Under the pieces are notes generated by a model, which was not told the DNA's origin, searched no databases, and worked only from the letters and a program-made list of their open reading frames with translations. 64,000 bases of DNA from Escherichia coli. GTDB taxonomy: Bacteria > Pseudomonadota > Gammaproteobacteria > Enterobacterales > Enterobacteriaceae. Made by a program: the position numbers and the translations under genes. Below are positions 50,884 to 63,000 of the stretch, in pieces (positions within the stretch are counted from its first letter, which is position 1; every line of letters starts with the position of its first letter). The stretch lies in the NCBI RefSeq assembly GCF_003991155.1, contig NZ_CP031293.1; one strand, 5' to 3'.

Positions 50884-51194
50884 TATGCTTTTTCCTCTGG
50901 CTGATAGCCGGCATCATCATGATGAAAAATGGCGATGGCATTGCTGGCAAGATTATGGGAATGCACATGTTCACCCATGGCAATATCGCGAGTGGCGTGT
51001 CCGATAATGGCGCCGTATTTCAGAATCGAATCACCATTGTTCAGCGCTTCGCAGGCCAGTTTGTGACCCAGGGTAACGGAACTACAGGCCACCATTTCCC
51101 CCTCATCCCACCAGACAATATCGCCACTGGCGATGTCATTCAGCGCGACTACACAGTTATCTTTGGCATGTAGCTTTAACGCACGTTTGCGCAT
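50883..51194 (-). CDS. UxaA-family dehydratase small subunit (SAF domain)
   Basis: Start trimmed to ATG 51194 (GGAGG 4 nt upstream). 103 aa; MRKRALKLHAKDNCVVALNDIASGD is like the UxaA N-terminal SAF domain. TAATG overlap with the large subunit. Confidence 0.8.
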   Translation of the reverse strand: MRKRALKLHAKDNCVVALNDIASGDIVWWDEGEMVACSSVTLGHKLACEALNNGDSILKYGAIIGHATRDIAMGEHVHSHNLASNAIAIFHHDDAGYQPEEKA

Positions 51195-51208
51195 AATTCC
51201 TCCGTACA

Positions 51209-51964
51209 TCAGAAGCCGATCAATGCGCCGCCATCCACCACCAGCACCTGACCACTGACAAATGCCGCTGCGTCTGAAGCCAGATAAACCGCAGCCCAAC
51301 CGATATCTTCCGGCTTGCCGAATTTTTTCATCGGTGTCCGCCCCAGGATTTTGTTACGGCGTTCGTCATCACCTTCAATGGCCTTACGCAACATTGGTGT
51401 ATCGATCCAGCCTGGCGCAATACCGTTGACGCGAATCCCATGAACGGCAAGCTCCGTGGTCATACCGCGAATCATGCCGAGATAGGCTGACTTCGCTGCG
51501 CTGTAGCCAGTAACCAGAGGCTGCCCAAGAAATGAGGTCATCGATGCAGTAAAAAGCACACAGCCTTGACCGCGTTGTTTCATATGCGGCACCAGCGCTT
51601 TGGTTAACGCAAATGCGCCGACTACGTGAACGTCGAGTACTGACTCAAAATCACTGACGCTCATCTCTTCAATCGGTTTTTTGCAGTGATTGCCTGCGTT
51701 ATTGACCAGGATATCGATAGCCCCGTGTTCGCTAATAAGCGCATCAACTTTTTCCTGCGCGGCTGCGGTATCCCCGACATCCATTTGTATCCAACTGGCC
51801 TGCGACCCCAATGTTCCGGCGGTCGCTTGCGCCAGCTCGCCGTTCAGGTCAGCAATAATGACCTTCGCCCCGCTGACTATCATGCATTTCGCCATTGCCA
51901 GCCCCAGCCCACTGGCTGCACCGGTGATCAACGCGGTTTTGTTATGTAAAGAAAAAGCATTCAT
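51209..51964 (-). CDS. Short-chain dehydrogenase/reductase
   Basis: 251 aa with TGAASGLG cofactor motif and YSAAKSA (YxxxK) catalytic motif. Confidence 0.9.
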   Translation of the reverse strand: MNAFSLHNKTALITGAASGLGLAMAKCMIVSGAKVIIADLNGELAQATAGTLGSQASWIQMDVGDTAAAQEKVDALISEHGAIDILVNNAGNHCKKPIEEMSVSDFESVLDVHVVGAFALTKALVPHMKQRGQGCVLFTASMTSFLGQPLVTGYSAAKSAYLGMIRGMTTELAVHGIRVNGIAPGWIDTPMLRKAIEGDDERRNKILGRTPMKKFGKPEDIGWAAVYLASDAAAFVSGQVLVVDGGALIGF

Positions 51965-51975
51965 GGTGTCGCTCC

Positions 51976-52989
51976 TTAAAGGTCAATGAGGATTTTGGTA
52001 TACGCGCCGGGATCACTTGCCCAGTCGCTAAAAGCATGATCAGCCTGTTCCAGCGGGTAGTGAGCACTCACCAGATTGCTGACCGGATAACGCCCGGACT
52101 CCATCAATGCCAGCACGGCACGAAAATCCGCCACGGTGGCATTGCGCGAACCACGGATATCCAGTTCTTTCATCAGGAACTGCGCACTCTGATAACTCAC
52201 TGGCTGTTTGGCGTAACCGACATAAACCACACGACCGCTAAACGCCACCAACCCTGTAGCCTGTTCAATGGTTTGTTGATTACCCACCGCTTCAATCACC
52301 ACTTCCGGGCCGCGACCGTCATTTAACAGCACCAGTTCTGCCGCCACGTCACATTGCTGCGAATTAAGAAAACGTTGCGCACCGCATTCCAGGGCAATGT
52401 TCTGCTTGCGATCATCAATATCGATAGCAATTACGCGCGCCCCCATGGCGGATGCCGCGGCGATAGCGCCAAGGCCAATTACCCCACAACCGATAACTGC
52501 GACCCATTCACCCACATTAATTTGCGCACGTCTGGCCGCATGTAGTCCCACGGCCAGCGGTTCTACCAGCGCTAACTCATCAACACTTAAGGCATTACAG
52601 ACAATGACTTTATGTGCAGGCATCGTCAGTTGTTGCGCCATCCCCCCCTGACGTTGCACACCAAGAGTTTGGTTGTTTTTACAGGCGTTAGGACGACCGC
52701 TCAGACAGGAGCTGCACACGCCACACTCAGTGCAAGGCAGAACGACCACCCGGTCACCTGGCTTGATCGCCCCTGCCATATCGCCAGTTGCCAGCACCGT
52801 GCCGCCAATTTCATGCCCCGGAATACAGGGATAATTAACCAGCGGATTCAGTCCCCGCCATGTATTGAGGTCAGAACCACACAGTCCGACACGCTCAACA
52901 TTGATTAGCACTTCTCCTTTACCGCAGACAGGTTCGGGGATATCAACAAATCGCGCCTGACTTCCCTGCTCAATGGTTAATGCCTTCAT
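51976..52989 (-). CDS. Zinc-dependent medium-chain alcohol/polyol (aldonate) dehydrogenase
   Basis: 337 aa with the GHEIGG catalytic zinc motif, the CTECGVCSSCLSGRPNAC structural zinc site and a GCGVIG Rossmann motif. Confidence 0.9.
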   Translation of the reverse strand: MKALTIEQGSQARFVDIPEPVCGKGEVLINVERVGLCGSDLNTWRGLNPLVNYPCIPGHEIGGTVLATGDMAGAIKPGDRVVVLPCTECGVCSSCLSGRPNACKNNQTLGVQRQGGMAQQLTMPAHKVIVCNALSVDELALVEPLAVGLHAARRAQINVGEWVAVIGCGVIGLGAIAAASAMGARVIAIDIDDRKQNIALECGAQRFLNSQQCDVAAELVLLNDGRGPEVVIEAVGNQQTIEQATGLVAFSGRVVYVGYAKQPVSYQSAQFLMKELDIRGSRNATVADFRAVLALMESGRYPVSNLVSAHYPLEQADHAFSDWASDPGAYTKILIDL

Positions 52990-53001
52990 TCATTGCTCTC
53001 C

Positions 53002-53688
53002 TTACATTACGCCGAAGGTTTCAAAGGCCTGTACCGTGCTCATGCCATCACTGATGGCTTTGCGCACTTCACTTTCAGTTGCCACTTTTTCCAGGGCCTG
53101 GGTAATAACTTCTTTCTCAACAACCTGGGGAATAATCAGTAATCCATCACGATCACCAAACACGATATCGCCCGGATTCACCCGCACGCCGTGAAATTCA
53201 ATAGGTACGCCGAAGTCGATGACCTTGCCGCGCGGACCTTGATCTTGTGCGTAAGTGCCATGACAAAAGGTGGGAAATTTCAATTCAAGAATTTCAGCAG
53301 AGTCACGGGCGTAACCATCGAGTACCGCACCTGCTGCTTTCAGATGCATGGCACGGGTAGACATCAACCCGCCCCACAAGGCATAGCGCAGAGAGCTGCC
53401 CGTAGTGATGTAAACATCGTTCTCTTTGAGGGCATCCAGCGCTTCAAACATGATGCCAAACGGTTTTTCGCCAATCGCCGTCTTACCCGACGTCGATTTG
53501 GTTTCGTAAACGTCCGACTCCAGCACCGGCATTGCCCGGCCTGCCACCACCGTATTCACATCCAGCGGCTTGATTGCCGGAGAAACAAACTGGTGCATAT
53601 AGCCCAGCGTGTCGAGAATATCGCCAACCACGGCGGTAAATAGCCGGGTTTTCATCAAAGCAAAAAGTTCGTTATCACTCTTCCACAT
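53002..53688 (-). CDS. RraA-family protein of the long class (HMG/CHA-type pyruvate aldolase / oxaloacetate decarboxylase-like)
   Basis: Start trimmed to ATG 53688. 228 aa with a GGLMSTRAMHLKAAGAVLDGYARD core typical of the RraA/aldolase fold. First gene of the operon. Confidence 0.78.
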   Translation of the reverse strand: MWKSDNELFALMKTRLFTAVVGDILDTLGYMHQFVSPAIKPLDVNTVVAGRAMPVLESDVYETKSTSGKTAIGEKPFGIMFEALDALKENDVYITTGSSLRYALWGGLMSTRAMHLKAAGAVLDGYARDSAEILELKFPTFCHGTYAQDQGPRGKVIDFGVPIEFHGVRVNPGDIVFGDRDGLLIIPQVVEKEVITQALEKVATESEVRKAISDGMSTVQAFETFGVM

Positions 53689-53695
53689 TATTTTC

Positions 53696-53728
53696 ACCCT
53701 GTAAGCCTGTTTAACAGGTTTACAGGGT
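53696..53728. promoter_or_regulatory. 33-bp near-perfect palindrome, candidate GntR-family operator or leader hairpin
   Basis: ACCCTGTAAGCCTGTT-T-AACAGGTTTACAGGGT matches in 15 of 16 arm positions. The core TGTTTAACA fits the GntR GT-N-AC type. It ends 8 nt before the operon ATG and overlaps its SD. Confidence 0.5.
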
Positions 53729-53951
53729 AAGGAGAAAAAGCGCACAATACTGCGAAGGGCGTCACGAAAAAGTTGTGTATTTACTATTTCTTCGCCACTC
53801 TTTCACACAATATGTCTTTGATTCGCACTGCATGGCGGGCGCACAGGCGCAGTAGTCTATTGATAATCAAGGGTTCTGGAGGAAAATATGAAGGATACAG
53901 TCCCGGTATTCTGGATTTTACCGACCAGGAAAAAGTACAACAGGAGTAAAA

Positions 53952-54665
53952 ATGAGTGAGAGTGCGTTATTGACCAGCGTAACGTTATCGTCACAGGTCA
54001 AAAATCATATTCTTAATCTGATCGCCGAACAAAAATTGACACCGGGGATGCCAGTTCCCAGTGAAATTCAGTTGATTCAGAAATTGGGCGTCAGTCGGGG
54101 TATTGTGCGTGAGGCCTATCGTTCACTTGCCGCCCTGGGGATTCTGGAAACGCACAGCGGTAAAGTGCCACGGATCAAAAAATTTGATGATGAAGTGCTG
54201 CGCGTGGTGTTTGGATTTGCCCTGGCGACCGAACAAGTAACAACAGAGCAAATTCTTCAAGTACGTCGCTGGCTAGAGTTGGGCGTTGTGGAAGCTGCTG
54301 CCCGTAATGGCGGAGAAGAAGATTTTGCTAACCTACGGGCTGAAATGGCAAAAATCCGCGAACAGTTCGATGATGTCGAAAGCTTTATCACCCATGACAT
54401 CCGCTTCCATCAGTTACTCGCCGTTGCCTCAAAAAATCCGCTTTTTATGATGTTATTGCAGGCATTACATCAGCAATTGCGGCAATCCATCCAGGAGGGA
54501 TTAAACGCCCAAAGCGATCAGAAAGAGTATGGCAATCACATCATCACACTACACCAGAAAATCTGCGACGCTGTGTGTGCCAGAGATGTCGAAACGGCGA
54601 CTCAAGCCATGAAATCACACTTCGACAGCCCGGTCAGTGCACTGATCAATAATTCCTCGCCATAA
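53952..54665 (+). CDS. GntR/FadR-family transcriptional regulator
   Basis: 237 aa with AGGAG SD, an N-terminal wHTH (PSEIQLIQKLGVSRGIVREAYRSL) and an all-helical FCD-type C-terminal domain. Divergent from the TRAP operon. Confidence 0.9.
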   Translation: MSESALLTSVTLSSQVKNHILNLIAEQKLTPGMPVPSEIQLIQKLGVSRGIVREAYRSLAALGILETHSGKVPRIKKFDDEVLRVVFGFALATEQVTTEQILQVRRWLELGVVEAAARNGGEEDFANLRAEMAKIREQFDDVESFITHDIRFHQLLAVASKNPLFMMLLQALHQQLRQSIQEGLNAQSDQKEYGNHIITLHQKICDAVCARDVETATQAMKSHFDSPVSALINNSSP

Positions 54666-54844
54666 GACTTATTTCAGTTCAATCGTTTACTCTTCCCTCT
54701 TTTACAAATGAGAGGGAGACAACGGTACTTAATACGCCCTTTAGCCAAAATCTGTCTTTTTCTTGATTACCGCTATTTTTTCGTTGAGGCGCATTCTTTA
54801 TGCTGTATCGATACACCAAAGGTAAGTTAAACAGGGAGTGACGG

Positions 54845-55891
54845 ATGCCAGTTTTGCAGTGGGGAATGTTATGTGTTCTGTCACTTCTCCTTTCTATTGG
54901 CTTCCTCGCTTTACATCTCCCGGCGGCACTCCTGCTTGGCCCGATGCTCGCCGGGATCATCTTCAGTATGCGCGGGGTTACCCTGCAACTCCCCCGCTCC
55001 GCTTTTCTCGCCGCGCAGGCCATTCTTGGCTGCATGATTGCGCAAAACCTGACCGGTTCGATCCTGACCACGCTAGCGGTGAACTGGCCGATAGTGTTAG
55101 CCATTTTACTGGTGACGCTGCTTTCCAGCGCCATCGTGGATTGGTTATTGGTGCGCTATAGCTCACTGCCTGGAAATACCGGTGCCTGGGGTTCTTCTCC
55201 TGGCGGCGCGGCGGCAATGGTCGCTATGGCGCAAGATTACGGCGCAGATATTCGCCTGGTGGCGTTTATGCAATATCTGCGAGTGCTGTTCGTCGCGGGG
55301 GCCGCTGTTCTGGTCACCCGCATGATGCTGGGCGATAACGCTGAAGCGGTTAACCAGCAGATCGTCTGGTTCCCGCCAGTGAGCATTAATCTCCTGCTTA
55401 CGATTTTGCTCGCGGTCGTTGCCGGTACGGCGGGATGCTTGCTACGTCTTCCTTCCGGCACGATGCTCATCCCGATGCTGGGGGGCGCAGTGCTCCAGTC
55501 TGGTCAGCTCATCACGATTGAACTCCCGGAATGGCTGCTGGCGATGGCATATATGGCAATTGGCTGGCGGATTGGTCTTGGTTTCGATAAGCAAATATTA
55601 CTGCGGGCATTGCGCCCACTGCCACAAATCCTGCTGTCGATTTTTGCTCTGCTGGCTATTTGTGCGGGTATGGCGTGGGGACTGACCCGGTTTATGCATA
55701 TTGATTTTATGACTGCCTACCTCGCCACCAGTCCCGGCGGGCTTGATACCGTGGCGGTCATCGCCGCAGGGAGCAATGCCGATATGGCGCTCATTATGGC
55801 GATGCAAACCCTGCGCCTGTTCAGTATTTTGCTGACGGGACCTGCCATTGCGCGGTTTATTTCAACCTATGCGCCGAAACGTACGGCCTAG
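54845..55891 (+). CDS. abrB: AbrB (putative membrane regulator/transporter, AbrB family)
   Basis: 348-aa polytopic protein, matching E. coli AbrB ([22 protein letters not shown]). Confidence 0.92.
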   Translation: MPVLQWGMLCVLSLLLSIGFLALHLPAALLLGPMLAGIIFSMRGVTLQLPRSAFLAAQAILGCMIAQNLTGSILTTLAVNWPIVLAILLVTLLSSAIVDWLLVRYSSLPGNTGAWGSSPGGAAAMVAMAQDYGADIRLVAFMQYLRVLFVAGAAVLVTRMMLGDNAEAVNQQIVWFPPVSINLLLTILLAVVAGTAGCLLRLPSGTMLIPMLGGAVLQSGQLITIELPEWLLAMAYMAIGWRIGLGFDKQILLRALRPLPQILLSIFALLAICAGMAWGLTRFMHIDFMTAYLATSPGGLDTVAVIAAGSNADMALIMAMQTLRLFSILLTGPAIARFISTYAPKRTA

Positions 55892-56679
55892 TGCTGACAG
55901 CCAGGGCACCAGTAAAACGGGCGAGATGACAGCGTGGTTTTCTCAATGATGCCGCCACAGCGTTCGCACGGTTCGCCATCACGATGAAAAACCTTAAAGC
56001 GAAACAGCGCCCCATGATATTTGTTTTCATCCACCTGCCCCCGCGTAGCGTAAGAAAGTCGCGGAATATCCAGTAACGCGTGTGCGAGTGCGTCCAGTTG
56101 CGCCGCATTGAGATCTTTCGCTTTATGATTTCCGGTCAACCCAACCTGCCAGAGGATCTCCACCCGCAAATAATTGCCAAGTCCTGCCAGAAACGCCTGA
56201 TCGAGTAGTAATCCAGCAAACTGACGGTTACGAAAGCGCGGTGACAATAATCGTTCCTTTACCACCTCTGGCGTCAGATTCGGATCCAGCACATCGGGAC
56301 CAACGCGTTGTAAAAACGGATGCGTGGTCAGTTGTTCCGGGGTCAACATCTCAATATCCGAGGCGCTATAAAGCAGAATGGTTTTGTCAACCGTTTGCAG
56401 TTTTACCCGCAATACTCGCGTGGTCTGCGGCTCTTCGCCGGTATCAACCACGCGCCAGACGCCGTAAAGCTGATTATGGCTGTAGAGCGTTAATTCGTTG
56501 GAAAAATGAGTTAACAACGCCTTACCACGCGTTTCCACATGGGTAACGTGTTGACCGATAAGTTGTGATTGATAAGATTTTAACTGCGGGAAGGCAAACC
56601 AGACATCAGTTAGTGGTTTGCCTTTGATCGCCGCCTCCAGGTTATCCGCTGCACGGCGGATCTCCGGGCCTTCAGGCAT
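55888..56679 (-). CDS. nei: Endonuclease VIII
   Basis: 263 aa. [13 protein letters not shown]-terminus and a C-terminal CxxC...CxxC zinc finger. Its stop overlaps the abrB stop by 4 nt (convergent genes). Confidence 0.96.
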   Translation of the reverse strand: MPEGPEIRRAADNLEAAIKGKPLTDVWFAFPQLKSYQSQLIGQHVTHVETRGKALLTHFSNELTLYSHNQLYGVWRVVDTGEEPQTTRVLRVKLQTVDKTILLYSASDIEMLTPEQLTTHPFLQRVGPDVLDPNLTPEVVKERLLSPRFRNRQFAGLLLDQAFLAGLGNYLRVEILWQVGLTGNHKAKDLNAAQLDALAHALLDIPRLSYATRGQVDENKYHGALFRFKVFHRDGEPCERCGGIIEKTTLSSRPFYWCPGCQH

Positions 56680-56714
56680 GGTGATATCCTTTTTTCATTC
56701 TTTATTAAGCGGGG

Positions 56715-57449
56715 TTATGCTGCGACAACAATCCCCTTTTCGGCAAATGTAGAGCGTAGTCGGCGGGCGAACGCCAGTGCGTGCTCGCCATCGCCATGCA
56801 GGCAGACCGTTTGCGCCGTGACCGTTGCCCATTCGCCGGTGATACTTTTGACTCTGCCGTGTTGCACCATCTCCAGCGTTTGCGCCAGCGCCTGTTCTTC
56901 GTTTTCAATCAACGCGCCTGGCTGGCTTCGCGGCACCAGCGAACCGTCTGCCTGATAACCGCGATCGGCAAACACTTCCTCGCGCGTTGTCAGGCCATAT
57001 TGCTTGCCTGCACGAATCAGCTCGCTTCCCGCCAGCCCGACGAGAATCAATGCCGGATCGCAAGCGTATACCGCTCTGGCGATGGCGTCTGCCAGTTGTG
57101 CCTCTTTCGCCGCCTGGTTGTATAACATGCCGTGCGGTTTGACATGACGCATTACACCGCCTTGCGCACGGGCAATCGCTGCCAGCGCGCCAATTTGATA
57201 CAGCGTCTGGGCGAAAGCGGTTTCTGGCGGCAGCTGCATGGCGCTGCGACCAAAATTTTCCCTGTCGGGAAAACTCGGGTGAGCGCCAATCGCGACACCA
57301 TTTTTTATTGCTTCACGCACGCAAGCCTGCATGGTTTGCGCATCGCCTGCATGAAATCCACAGGCAATATTGGCAGAGGAAACCAGCGTTAATAGCTCTG
57401 CGTCGCTGGCATAGCCTTCGCCCAGATCAGCGTTCAGGTCAATTTTCAT
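56715..57449 (-). CDS. pxpA: 5-Oxoprolinase subunit A
   Basis: 244 aa, LamB/YcsF family, matching YbgL/PxpA. Confidence 0.94.
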   Translation of the reverse strand: MKIDLNADLGEGYASDAELLTLVSSANIACGFHAGDAQTMQACVREAIKNGVAIGAHPSFPDRENFGRSAMQLPPETAFAQTLYQIGALAAIARAQGGVMRHVKPHGMLYNQAAKEAQLADAIARAVYACDPALILVGLAGSELIRAGKQYGLTTREEVFADRGYQADGSLVPRSQPGALIENEEQALAQTLEMVQHGRVKSITGEWATVTAQTVCLHGDGEHALAFARRLRSTFAEKGIVVAA

Positions 57450-58371
57450 TGTGCAGCCGCCACGCTAATTGTTCGAAATAACGTTGCTGATCTTGCCGTG
57501 CTTTAAGTGCCTCTTCCAGTGAACACTGGACAAAATGAATCGGCTGACCGAGCGGAATTTGCGCCAGATGGTACATATCAGCCTCGATGATACAGGCAAT
57601 ACGCGGATAACCACCGGTGGTCTGTGCGTCGTTCATCAACACAATGGGCTGCCCGTTATGCGGCACCTGCACCACGCCCGGTAACAAACCGTGAGATAAC
57701 AGTTCGCGATCGGTGGTACGTTTTAAAATTTGCCCCTGTAAGCGATAGCCCATTCGGTTACTTTGCGGGCTAAGCTGCCAGGGCGAACGCCAGAATGCAT
57801 CCTGCGAGGCGCGATCGAACTCATGATATTCCGGCCCCGGCAAGGCGCGAATGCGGTTGCCCCACAGCAGCTGTTTAACGCCCTGCGCTTCCATAAAATC
57901 ACGCTTCGATTTGCCAATCGGGAGTCGGTCACCATCCTTCAGTAAACGGCCTTCCAGCCCGCCAATCCCCACTTTGAGATCGGTGCTGCATGACCCCATT
58001 ACCGGCGGAACGTCAATACCACCCGCGACCGCCAGATAACTGCGCATCCCGTGCTGCGGGCGTTTAAGCGTTAAACGCTGGCCTGCTTTCATCGGCAATC
58101 GCCAGCCGGTCCAGACGGCGTTATCATCCAGCCGCGCTTCGCAACCGGCCCCCGTCAGAGCAAACCACCCATCAGTTTCGAACTCAACCGTTAACTGACC
58201 GAGCGTGATCTCCAGCGCGGGGGCATTGGCGTCATTACCCACCAGTAGGTTAGCAATGCGTAACGCGGGCATATCCAGTGCGCCGCAGTGGCTGATACCC
58301 GACTGGCGAAAACCGTGACGACCGCCATCCTGCACAGTGGTATACATGCCCGCACGAATAATCTTCAGCAT
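57439..58371 (-). CDS. pxpC: 5-Oxoprolinase subunit C
   Basis: 310 aa, matching YbgK/PxpC. Confidence 0.94.
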   Translation of the reverse strand: MLKIIRAGMYTTVQDGGRHGFRQSGISHCGALDMPALRIANLLVGNDANAPALEITLGQLTVEFETDGWFALTGAGCEARLDDNAVWTGWRLPMKAGQRLTLKRPQHGMRSYLAVAGGIDVPPVMGSCSTDLKVGIGGLEGRLLKDGDRLPIGKSKRDFMEAQGVKQLLWGNRIRALPGPEYHEFDRASQDAFWRSPWQLSPQSNRMGYRLQGQILKRTTDRELLSHGLLPGVVQVPHNGQPIVLMNDAQTTGGYPRIACIIEADMYHLAQIPLGQPIHFVQCSLEEALKARQDQQRYFEQLAWRLHNEN

Positions 58372-59021
58372 ACTCCCTCCTTTTGCGGTACAAAGCGCAC
58401 GCTGTCTCCCGGACGTAATAAGATGGGTTCGCCACGCGCCGGATCAAACAGGCTGAGTGAGGTATGACCAATCAACTGCCAGCCACCCGGCGTTGCCAGC
58501 GGATAAACACCAGTCTGCGGCCCGCCGATCCCGACAGAACCTGCCGGAACGAGCAAGCGCGGTTCAGCGCGCCGTGGCGTGTGTAGTTGTTCCGGCAAAC
58601 TCCCGAGATACGGGAAGCCCGGTTGAAAACCTAAAAACCAGACCACGTATTCCACGGAGGAGTGCAATTCAACAACCTGTTTTTCGCTCAACCCGCAATG
58701 CGCCGCGACCACCGCCAAATCCGGTCCGCCTGCACCACCGTAAACCACCGGAATTTCAATAAAGCGAGACTCCGGCTCCAGCGCCTCACTCTCCTCCCAC
58801 CAGCGTTGCAAACGCTCTATGGCATCCAGCGCCAGCGACTCAGGATTACGTAAAATCACCGTGATATTGTTCATCCCCGGTATCGCTTCAACCACATTTG
58901 GCATATCCACCAGACGCTGCGCCAGTCGCCAGATCCGTTTCTGGCTAGCCAGCGTCACCGGCGGTTCCAGCTCCAGCACTACCGCCGTTTCACCTATCAG
59001 ATAACAACGCGCTCGTTGCAC
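58365..59021 (-). CDS. pxpB: 5-Oxoprolinase subunit B
   Basis: 218 aa, matching YbgJ/PxpB. Confidence 0.94.
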   Translation of the reverse strand: MQRARCYLIGETAVVLELEPPVTLASQKRIWRLAQRLVDMPNVVEAIPGMNNITVILRNPESLALDAIERLQRWWEESEALEPESRFIEIPVVYGGAGGPDLAVVAAHCGLSEKQVVELHSSVEYVVWFLGFQPGFPYLGSLPEQLHTPRRAEPRLLVPAGSVGIGGPQTGVYPLATPGGWQLIGHTSLSLFDPARGEPILLRPGDSVRFVPQKEGVC

Positions 59022-59043
59022 TTTCGATCCCTCTGATTATTCG

Positions 59044-59787
59044 TTATGCAGGATTAGGAATATCAATAAAGGTCACATCAAGATCGGTATTTTCATTCAG
59101 CCACTCGCTCAACGCGCGAATACCACCGCGTTCAGTGGCATGGTGACCCGCAGCATAAAAATGCAATCCCTGCTCGCGGGCTGAATGAATGGTCTGTTCA
59201 GAAACTTCGCCAGTAATAAAAGCATCCACGCCAAAACGCGCGGCGCTATCGATAAAACTTTGCCCGCCCCCCGTGCACCAGGCGACGCGCTGGACCACCT
59301 CAGGTCCGGTATCGCCACACCATAACGGCTTACGTCCCAGACGCGCTTCAATCCAGGAGGCCAGTTCCAGTCCCGGCACAGGCATGGTCAGTTCGCCCCA
59401 CGGCACCAACGGCTCAATATCGCCCATGACCGTGATCCCCAGTAACGCCGCCAGCTGTGCGTTATTGCCCAGCTCAGGATGTGCGTCAAGCGGCAAATGC
59501 CAGCCATACAGGTTGATATCATTTGCCAGCAACGTTTTTAAACGGTTACGCTTCATGCCGCGAATGACCGGGGATTCACCTTTCCAGAAGTAGCCATGAT
59601 GCACAATGACCGCATCCGCGCCCAGACGCACCGCTTCATCGAGCAAAGCCTGGCTGGCGGTGACACCGGTAACAATTTTTTGCACCGTCTCTTTGCCTTC
59701 CACCTGCAAACCATTCGGCGCGTAATCACTAATCGCCGCGCTGTTCAGTTTTTCGTTAATCAGTTGTTCCAGTTCGGTGTTTTTCAT
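59044..59787 (-). CDS. ybgI: NIF3-family metal-binding protein YbgI
   Basis: 247 aa, matching YbgI. Confidence 0.94.
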   Translation of the reverse strand: MKNTELEQLINEKLNSAAISDYAPNGLQVEGKETVQKIVTGVTASQALLDEAVRLGADAVIVHHGYFWKGESPVIRGMKRNRLKTLLANDINLYGWHLPLDAHPELGNNAQLAALLGITVMGDIEPLVPWGELTMPVPGLELASWIEARLGRKPLWCGDTGPEVVQRVAWCTGGGQSFIDSAARFGVDAFITGEVSEQTIHSAREQGLHFYAAGHHATERGGIRALSEWLNENTDLDVTFIDIPNPA

Positions 59788-59874
59788 CTTCGCGCCTTCC
59801 GTATTCTGATAGCTACACCGTTAACATAGCGTTACCTCGCCTGTTCGTCGATAGCCAATCTTTTGACATATTAA

Positions 59875-61539
<1,665 letters not shown>

Positions 61540-61554
61540 CAGGCCAGCACCGAT

Positions 61555-61587
61555 GCCTGATAAGACGCTCGCTGCGTTTTATCAGGC
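61555..61587. repeat. REP-like palindromic element between the convergent dtpD and phr genes
   Basis: GCCTGATAAGACGC-tcgct-GCGTTTTATCAGGC, the typical REP stem sequence. It overlaps the last codons of phr. Confidence 0.7.
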
Positions 61588-63000
61588 TCCTTTCCTCGCT
61601 TCTTCGTACGCTGCCAGCGTTCGCAGCCTTGCCTCTTTGTGATCAACTATCGGTTGCGGATAATCCAGCGTCACACCTGCTTTCTGCGCCCACTTCCACG
61701 GCTCATGCACCACTTTCCCTGGCACATCGCGCAGCTCCGGGAGCCACTGGCGGATAAATTCGCCTTCGCGGTCAAATTTCTCACCCTGAGTTGTCGGGTT
61801 GAAAATACGAAAATACGGCGCTGCATCGGTTCCGGTTGAAGCGGCCCACTGCCAGCCACCGTTATTGGCTGCCAAATCACCATCAATCAGCTGCGACATG
61901 AAATATCGCTCACCTTCGCGCCAGTCGATCAATAAATCTTTCACCAAAAAACTGGCTGTAATCATCCGTAGCCGGTTATGCATCCAGCCAGTGCTGTTAA
62001 GCTGACGCATGGCAGCATCAACAATCGGGTATCCCGTTTTGCCTTCCTGCCAGGCCTTTAAATGCGCGGAATTGCTCTGCCACTGCACGCGGTCGGTCCA
62101 GACAATAAACGGACGATGTTTACACAGCGAGGGGTAATACGTTATCAGATGACGGTAAAACTCGCGCCAGATCAGCTCATTAAGCCAGATACTACCGGCC
62201 CCACCGTCCAGCGCCTGCGGCTGTTCCGCCAACAGGCGATGCAAACACTGGCGAGGCGATAACCCGCCCGTTGCCAGGCTGGCGGACAAACGGCTGGTGC
62301 CTTCTACCGCAGGGAAATCTCGCTGTTGCTCATACTCTCCGGCACCGTTCTGGCAAAACTGGCGTAATTGCGCAATCGCCGCTTTCTCTTCCACCGGGAA
62401 ATGCGCAGTATCGAAAGGCTGACGAGGATAATTCAGCGTAATGGATGGCGCGGGCTTTATCGATCCGCTACTACGAACTTTTGGTGCAGCGACGCACTCC
62501 GGCATCCCTTCCCGCAGCCGTTTCAGCCAGGCATTTTGAAAAGGCGTAAAGACTTTGTACATCTCATGATTGCCAGTCATCACCGCCCCCGGCGGCAGGA
62601 TCACGCTGTCGTCAAATCCTTCACACACCACGTTACGCAGCGTTCTCTCAACCTGCACATCCCGCGCCCGCTCATTCACCTCATACTGATAGTTATAAAA
62701 CAGATGGGTAACACGATTTTCCGCGCACACCTGTTTAACTATTTCGACGCTGGCGGCAAAGTCATCCACTTCATGAAACAGTAAAGGAATGCCTTTTTCC
62801 GCCAGCGCAATTTGTAGCCCATTCAGTTGAGCATTGATAAGTTCAGCCTGACGCGGCGACATGTTATGCGCCGCCCACTGGCGTGGTGTAGCGATATACA
62901 ACGCCAGCACGCGCGCAGACGAATTGCGGCAGGCGGCAGCCAGCGCGAGATTATCATGCTGACGTAAATCCTGGCGAAACCAGACCAGATGGGTAGTCAT
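61582..63000 (-). CDS. phr: Deoxyribodipyrimidine photolyase
   Basis: 472 aa, matching PhrB (MTTHLVWFRQDLRLHDN-like N-terminus, FAD-binding C-terminus). Confidence 0.96.
   Translation of the reverse strand: MTTHLVWFRQDLRQHDNLALAAACRNSSARVLALYIATPRQWAAHNMSPRQAELINAQLNGLQIALAEKGIPLLFHEVDDFAASVEIVKQVCAENRVTHLFYNYQYEVNERARDVQVERTLRNVVCEGFDDSVILPPGAVMTGNHEMYKVFTPFQNAWLKRLREGMPECVAAPKVRSSGSIKPAPSITLNYPRQPFDTAHFPVEEKAAIAQLRQFCQNGAGEYEQQRDFPAVEGTSRLSASLATGGLSPRQCLHRLLAEQPQALDGGAGSIWLNELIWREFYRHLITYYPSLCKHRPFIVWTDRVQWQSNSAHLKAWQEGKTGYPIVDAAMRQLNSTGWMHNRLRMITASFLVKDLLIDWREGERYFMSQLIDGDLAANNGGWQWAASTGTDAAPYFRIFNPTTQGEKFDREGEFIRQWLPELRDVPGKVVHEPWKWAQKAGVTLDYPQPIVDHKEARLRTLAAYEEARKGA

Noticed and set aside
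54679-55134. 151-aa minus-strand ORF overlapping the abrB start
   Set aside because: It is antisense to the well-supported abrB gene and extends into the spacer with no RBS. Its composition is Arg/Ser/Pro-rich.
55888-55891. 4-nt overlap of the convergent abrB and nei stop codons as an anomaly
   Set aside because: To my recollection it is a backbone arrangement also present in K-12. No functional implication can be drawn from sequence.
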